This document shows, piece by piece, positions 58,951 to 64,000 of a stretch of 64,000 nucleotides of DNA. Numbering within the stretch: the first letter of the stretch is position 1; the number at the start of each line of letters is the position of its first letter. This DNA comes from Fimicolochytrium jonesii. Its lineage: Eukaryota. The stretch covers positions 496,001 to 560,000 of the forward strand of contig NW_026515682.1 of the NCBI RefSeq assembly GCF_025526975.1, written 5' to 3'. The notes beneath the pieces were generated by a model. It was not told the DNA's origin. It searched no databases and saw only the letters and a list, made by a program, of their open reading frames with translations. The position numbers and the translations under genes were made by a program.

Positions 58951-60730
58951 ATGGCGACAAAGGACGAGATTCTCAGCTGGGCCGACGGTGTCAATGCTTA
59001 CAAGAACTCCGACTGGGATGGAGCGCTCGACTCCTTTCAGGTAAGGATGGAAACGGTGGTTTTCCCGTGTGAACAACGAACAACATGCAACCCCTGAGAG
59101 AATGGTTCTAACGACTTTCCTGTTTCCAGCGTACGGGCGACTTCTCCCGAGTTCACTTCAACATGGGCATAATATATACCCGCCTGGACGACTATGAAAG
59201 TGCGTCCATGTGCTATACAAACGCTATCGGCGCAGACCCGTATCTTGCGGTGGCTTTCTTTCAAAGGGCGTACTGTGCCTACATGACCGAAGACTATCAA
59301 AGGGCTGACGGAGACTATGCCATGGCTTTGGAGGTAAGGGGAAAGATACCTGACGGAAGTTCCCAGGCAGGTGCTAACAATGATCTCTTTCCCCACTCCA
59401 TCAGTTACTCCGAGAGAATGATTTTATCGACTACTCACAGCTTGGACTGAAGTACCGGCTATACCGCTGCGAGGCTCATTACAACCGTGCCATGTGCGCT
59501 CACTCCATCGGCGACGATGCTATCTGCACACAGGATGTATTGGCCGCACAGCGAGTCGCAAGAACTACTGAGCAAAAGGCGGTCATCGATCGCGCCGCCC
59601 GAGTGGGAGTCGAAACAGTGACTTTGTTCACTGTCCCTGTTGACGCCGTTTTCGAGGTTCCGGAGAGCAAGTTGAAGAATATCAACGAGAGGTCGTACCT
59701 CAAGGATGCCAAAGTGGTCATCGACAGTTCACCCGGGGCGGGAGGCGACGGCCAAGCCAACTGGGCAGGATTCGACGGTGCCCTTATTCTAAACAAAGAC
59801 ATCATCAACGCGCAAAGTGATGGCATGAATCGAACAGGAACGGTCGTGAGGAACGCAAGAAACGGCGTCGAAACCATGGGACGGCGACGAGCGGAAACAG
59901 ACCCAAATCGGGGCTTCCCAAGCGGTGGTTCCGGGAGGTTCGACTTCAACAACGCACCCACTCTTCCCCGTCAGGATAGCCTCCGCTCCCGACGTTCGGA
60001 TCCTGACGATTACATGAAAACCGAACCTCAACAGTCTTACCAAAGGCGCCAGTACAACACTGCAGAACCTGAGGCTCGACCAATACGTCGTAGCTTCGAC
60101 GGCTCATACCCGGAGCAGCAGGAGATGGCGGACCAGAGGCAAAGGCCACGATTTAACAACACCCAGTACCCGACTCGAAATGGGAGTAACTACTCACAAA
60201 ACTCTGTCACAATGGGACGGAACGTTGGAAATGAGTCTTACTCCGCACGGTCAGACCCACAACCACGAAAGACATCGATGCCAGAAACCTCCTACAACAA
60301 CAACAACAACAACAACAACAACCAGAACATTGACTACTACCCACCTCGCAAGCTCTCTACACCAACATCTCCCGCAGACTACATGGCCGTCAACCGGTCA
60401 CGAACAATGAACTCCACCCCATCACCACCCCTCTCAACACCCTCTCTCGGCCCAGGCAAAATGAAGATCAAGCTGCACAGCATCCCCAGCAACGGCGGCA
60501 ACCAACGCACAGTCATGCTCCTCGTCGACGCCAACCAATTCCCCGCAATCACCTACAAGACTCTGATCACCAGGTGTCGAGACAAGTTCGGCTACCGCAA
60601 CCCCACGGTATCCTACAAAGACCCCGAGGACTACAACCAGCACGGCATCTCCGTCGTCGATGACGATGATCTCAGCGTTGCAATGGAGATTTTGGACGGA
60701 CGGGTTGAATTCTGGGTCTCAGATAACTGA
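58951..60730 (+). CDS. noxR: NADPH oxidase regulator NoxR/p67phox-like (TPR + PB1), 3 exons
   Basis: SRVHFNMG, DPYLAVAFFQR, IDYSQLGLKYRLYRCE; C-terminal PB1 with KIKLH...YKDPED..SVVDDDDL. Confidence 0.9.
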
Positions 60731-61051
60731 TCAACGCTGCTTTCGCAACAAGAGTTACCCGCGGCGTCGACTCTCTGGTACCCTATTTATCAACCCCAAC
60801 AATTTTGCAATCCCCGGCGTAACTCCCCGACTTTCCGAAACCACCTCCCGTACTTTGTTTAGAGTCTCACCCCTATTGCACCAATCCACAGGGTTTCCGT
60901 GCTTTTGTACATATACGCCCTGTATGGTCGGCGTTTTTCCGATTTTTTGTTTCGAATGTTCCTCCCCTACACATAGAAGATGAGGCGGGTTCGCCCAATC
61001 TGTTTAACGGACGGACCCAACTTGTACATAAACTTTCTGGCCCCCCCCCCC

Positions 61052-64000
61052 CCGCATATTCCCTCTGATTCCTTCTTACCTTCCTACCACATCTGTGTTG
61101 TGGAACTCGTTACTTCTTATTCCCCTTCACACACACCACTCGTTTTATAGACATTCGATCGGACGGTCTGCACACACACACAACCAGCTCTCTATCTGCA
61201 GAGAAGAAAAGGGGGAGGGGTACGGTAACTATAAAAAGGAAGCTGTGGTTGAAACTGGTTGTTTACAACACTCCCTCTCAGACTGCAGATCGAATTTCAG
61301 TTGCCGTCGCAGTCGCAGTCGCCGTCGCCATTGCTCCGCATTCTGATCTCAACTTCCGCGATCGCTTGAGTCCAGCGAGGAATAGTCGCCGGGTTCGCGA
61401 TTCGCTTTTCAAGTCACCTTCACGATCGCTTGAGGTGTAGCCTGGATATGGGCACTCGCAATACGCTGTCATATCGCTTTTCAAGTCATCTTCAAGATCA
61501 AGATTCCCCAGTCTGTCCGCAATCGCTTGGGGCAGCCCGGAATAGGGGCAGTCTCGCGGTACGCTCTCTCAACTTCCGCAATCGCTTCGCTGTCATAGTC
61601 GCTTCACCAACGGACACTAGCAATAGCAATAGGTCTATGATACAGAAATTGTTTCCGCTCTCACCAATTTACAATGTTATTGCTCTGATGTTCTTTGAGG
61701 AAAAATCTAAGGTTCCACAATCAACCCCAGAAGCTACCCTCGCTGCCCAGCTAGCTGCCCTGGAAGCCAGCCTGGAAGCTGCCCCACATCCTTTACACGC
61801 GTGTAAAAAACGTGGGGATCCCCACTCTACTCCTTCAACCCCATAACACAGCCATCATGGCAATCACCTGCATACACATCATCTCTAGCGGGCACGCAAA
61901 AGGCACAGCATGTCATCACACCAGGCGCTCCAGGGGCACCTGTGGTGTGGCATCTTTACTGGAGCAACCACACCACGGCGGAAGAGGAGGAAGGTTACTC
62001 CAGTTACCCCGCGGTTGCCCATACGTCTGCCGACCGCTGTGCAGACACCATTGCAATCACCCCCGCGATTTGAGTTCCCACCGTCTGTCCATCGCCACTT
62101 GCCCGAAGCAATTGCAGACATGGTCAGCGAGAATTCCGGCGATGACGACGGGCAGCACCAGCAGCGAGGGCTTTCACCTGTGGAAAGGGGTCTGCAAGGT
62201 CCGTTGAACCTCCCCGCTCCTATCCCTTTCCCTTTTCCCAGCACACCGGGTGGATCCCTGGTGCTTGAACCCCCGCCTCCACCACCAATTCAACGACCCC
62301 GCCCGCAGACGCATGCCAGCACGAAGGTTTCCCTTCACCGAGTCCGTAATCACAATCAAGTGCAAAGGGAGCCCCTGACAACCTTCCTCGGCAATGTTCA
62401 CGTCCTTGTGCGCCACACCACGTTCTTTCTCAAGTACTACCTTGGTGAGTTTTTGAGGTACACTGTATATTTCCCATAATATTTCCCATAACAATGTCCT
62501 GACTGCTACATCTGCCCACCCCACCACAGCTGATCATCCTCTACACGATTTCCCGGACATCACCGACAAGCACATCAGTGTGATGTTTGAGCTGCTCAAC
62601 AATCCAGGCTACAACGGCAATCCGGTCATCGCGCAAGAGTTGCGTCCACGGGTTCAAGAGTACTGTAATGTTCACGGATTTGCCCCCATCCGCATGCGAA
62701 ATAGCCAACAGACCGCAGCGTACACCGCTCAGAGCATCTTCACCAACCTCAAAGTCAACGTATAGGAGCATTTTATGCAAATGTTTCTGCGCTATGTCAA
62801 TGAACGGCTTGGTTTGAAGCAAGTTGTACTGCATCTCCGGAGAGCGCAGCGGCAACACTATTATCGTTGTGTCCGCCAATTCACAAAGTACGCGACATTT
62901 GAAGAGTACCCAACGGAAGAGGAGCTTGCCGGCCTCACACGACTTGAGCGGACTCTCCTCGACGAGTTATGGGCTCTGTTTCCTCCCCAGGATGAGCCGC
63001 TTGCGTACAGCCTTGCGGTGGACGCAATGCCATATTTAGGTGAGTCAGCATATTTCCGCCCCCCCCCCCCCCCCCTCGGCTTCCTCTTTTGTCTAATCAT
63101 GGTTCACACCTGCCTCTCCACAGGTGCCTATTGTGAGCTCTCACGCCTCTATGAGCGCCGTGGAATGCAGCTGTTTTCCGCTATCCCGCTGCGCAAATCT
63201 CGAATCCAGTCATCTGTTCGGATCGACACGCTGATCCTAGGCACTCATATCCTGGATATCGGCCAACGTCGCATGGGGAAACTCACTGATGAACGCAAGC
63301 AGGAGCTGTGGGGGCAGTTCCTCAATGTGAATGTAAGTTAAGTCTGTCCCCTTCTGTGCTTGATTCAATCAGATTGCGTCGCTGAATGACGGATTGTAGG
63401 ACAAGGTCTTCAAACATCGAAAGAAGCTTGGTCTCAAGTTCGATGGGTCAATTAGCACCGACGGGTATTCCGCTACCATCCACTTCAAGAAGCCAGGGCT
63501 CAAGTACGGCCATCGCGCCCGGAAGCGCAGCAAAGCCCAAATGCAGGAAGAAGTCAAACAGCTGTATTTTGAGCACCACATTGACGACTTAAGGGAGGCT
63601 TCAAACATCGTCTGCATTGATCCGGGCAAGCGTGACCTCCTATTCTGTTGAGACAACAAGAAGGAGCGGCCATTTCGGTAAGTTTCAGTTGATTACTACT
63701 GCCCTGCTGTCCCCACCATCCCCCCCCCCCCCCCCAACCCTCGATTTTGCGGAAGATGGTGCGGAGGTGTTTGTGGACGTTGACTTGGAAGGGGTGGTTC
63801 CCCTGTTTGCGGACACGGGCAACGAAGTCGGTCCAGACGGCGTTGGCGGCTTCCGCAGCAGCCATGTTGGCAACGAGGGCCTCGGTGGCGCTGATCATGT
63901 TGTAGCAATTGCCACCGTTGCGGATCTGGGCAAGGAGTTTGTTGATGGAGTTGGACGATGACAGAGCCATCTACAGGGATGCCGCCCGCCGATGACGGAG
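61052..64000 (+). mobile_element. Non-autonomous Fanzor element, copy C (truncated by the window end)
   Basis: Shares the left boundary, ~48-bp repeats (61355, 61420, 61516, partial 61575), the palindrome and the Fanzor gene with copy B. Confidence 0.75.
61910..64000 (+). pseudogene. Fanzor1 copy C, exons 1-4 and part of intron 4
   Basis: Same exon/intron layout as A and B. Intact STDGYS and IVCIDPGKRDLL, but TAG at 62763-62765 and TGA at 63649-63651. Confidence 0.9.

Overview
Intron-rich, GC-rich eukaryotic DNA from an early-diverging fungus, most likely a chytrid (inferred from gene content, short GT-AG introns with CTAAC/CTGAC branch sites and a TPR+PB1 NoxR gene). The main signal is three copies of one family of intron-containing Fanzor1 genes (eukaryotic TnpB-derived RNA-guided nucleases): A at 1-2872 (-), B at 24097-27769 (+) and C at 61910-64000+ (+). 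The seven-exon model encodes about 760 aa with an N-terminal NLS, a split RuvC and a Zn finger. Copy B has a structured 3' flank that is a candidate omegaRNA. Copies B and C share a 5' leader with repeats and palindromes, and their introns hold captured foreign fragments. Copy A abuts a degenerate ~13 kb block carrying a Tet/JBP-like 2OG-Fe(II) dioxygenase gene (split by a full-length Ty3/Gypsy element) and a divergent Ulp1/C48 peptidase gene. That block has a hairpin tandem array on its left and relic (CCCTAA)n repeats on its right. The rest is a gene-dense housekeeping stretch: Nudix hydrolase, GRX5, APC2, Pinin, mitochondrial IF3, a La-motif/Gemin8-like gene, SMC6, an FAD amine oxidase, an F-box/WD40 protein, ETF-alpha, RecQ, PRO1, RPS17, an apyrase fragment, a secreted Cys-rich protein, an esterase pseudogene and NoxR. 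All family calls come from motif recognition by eye; no searches were run.
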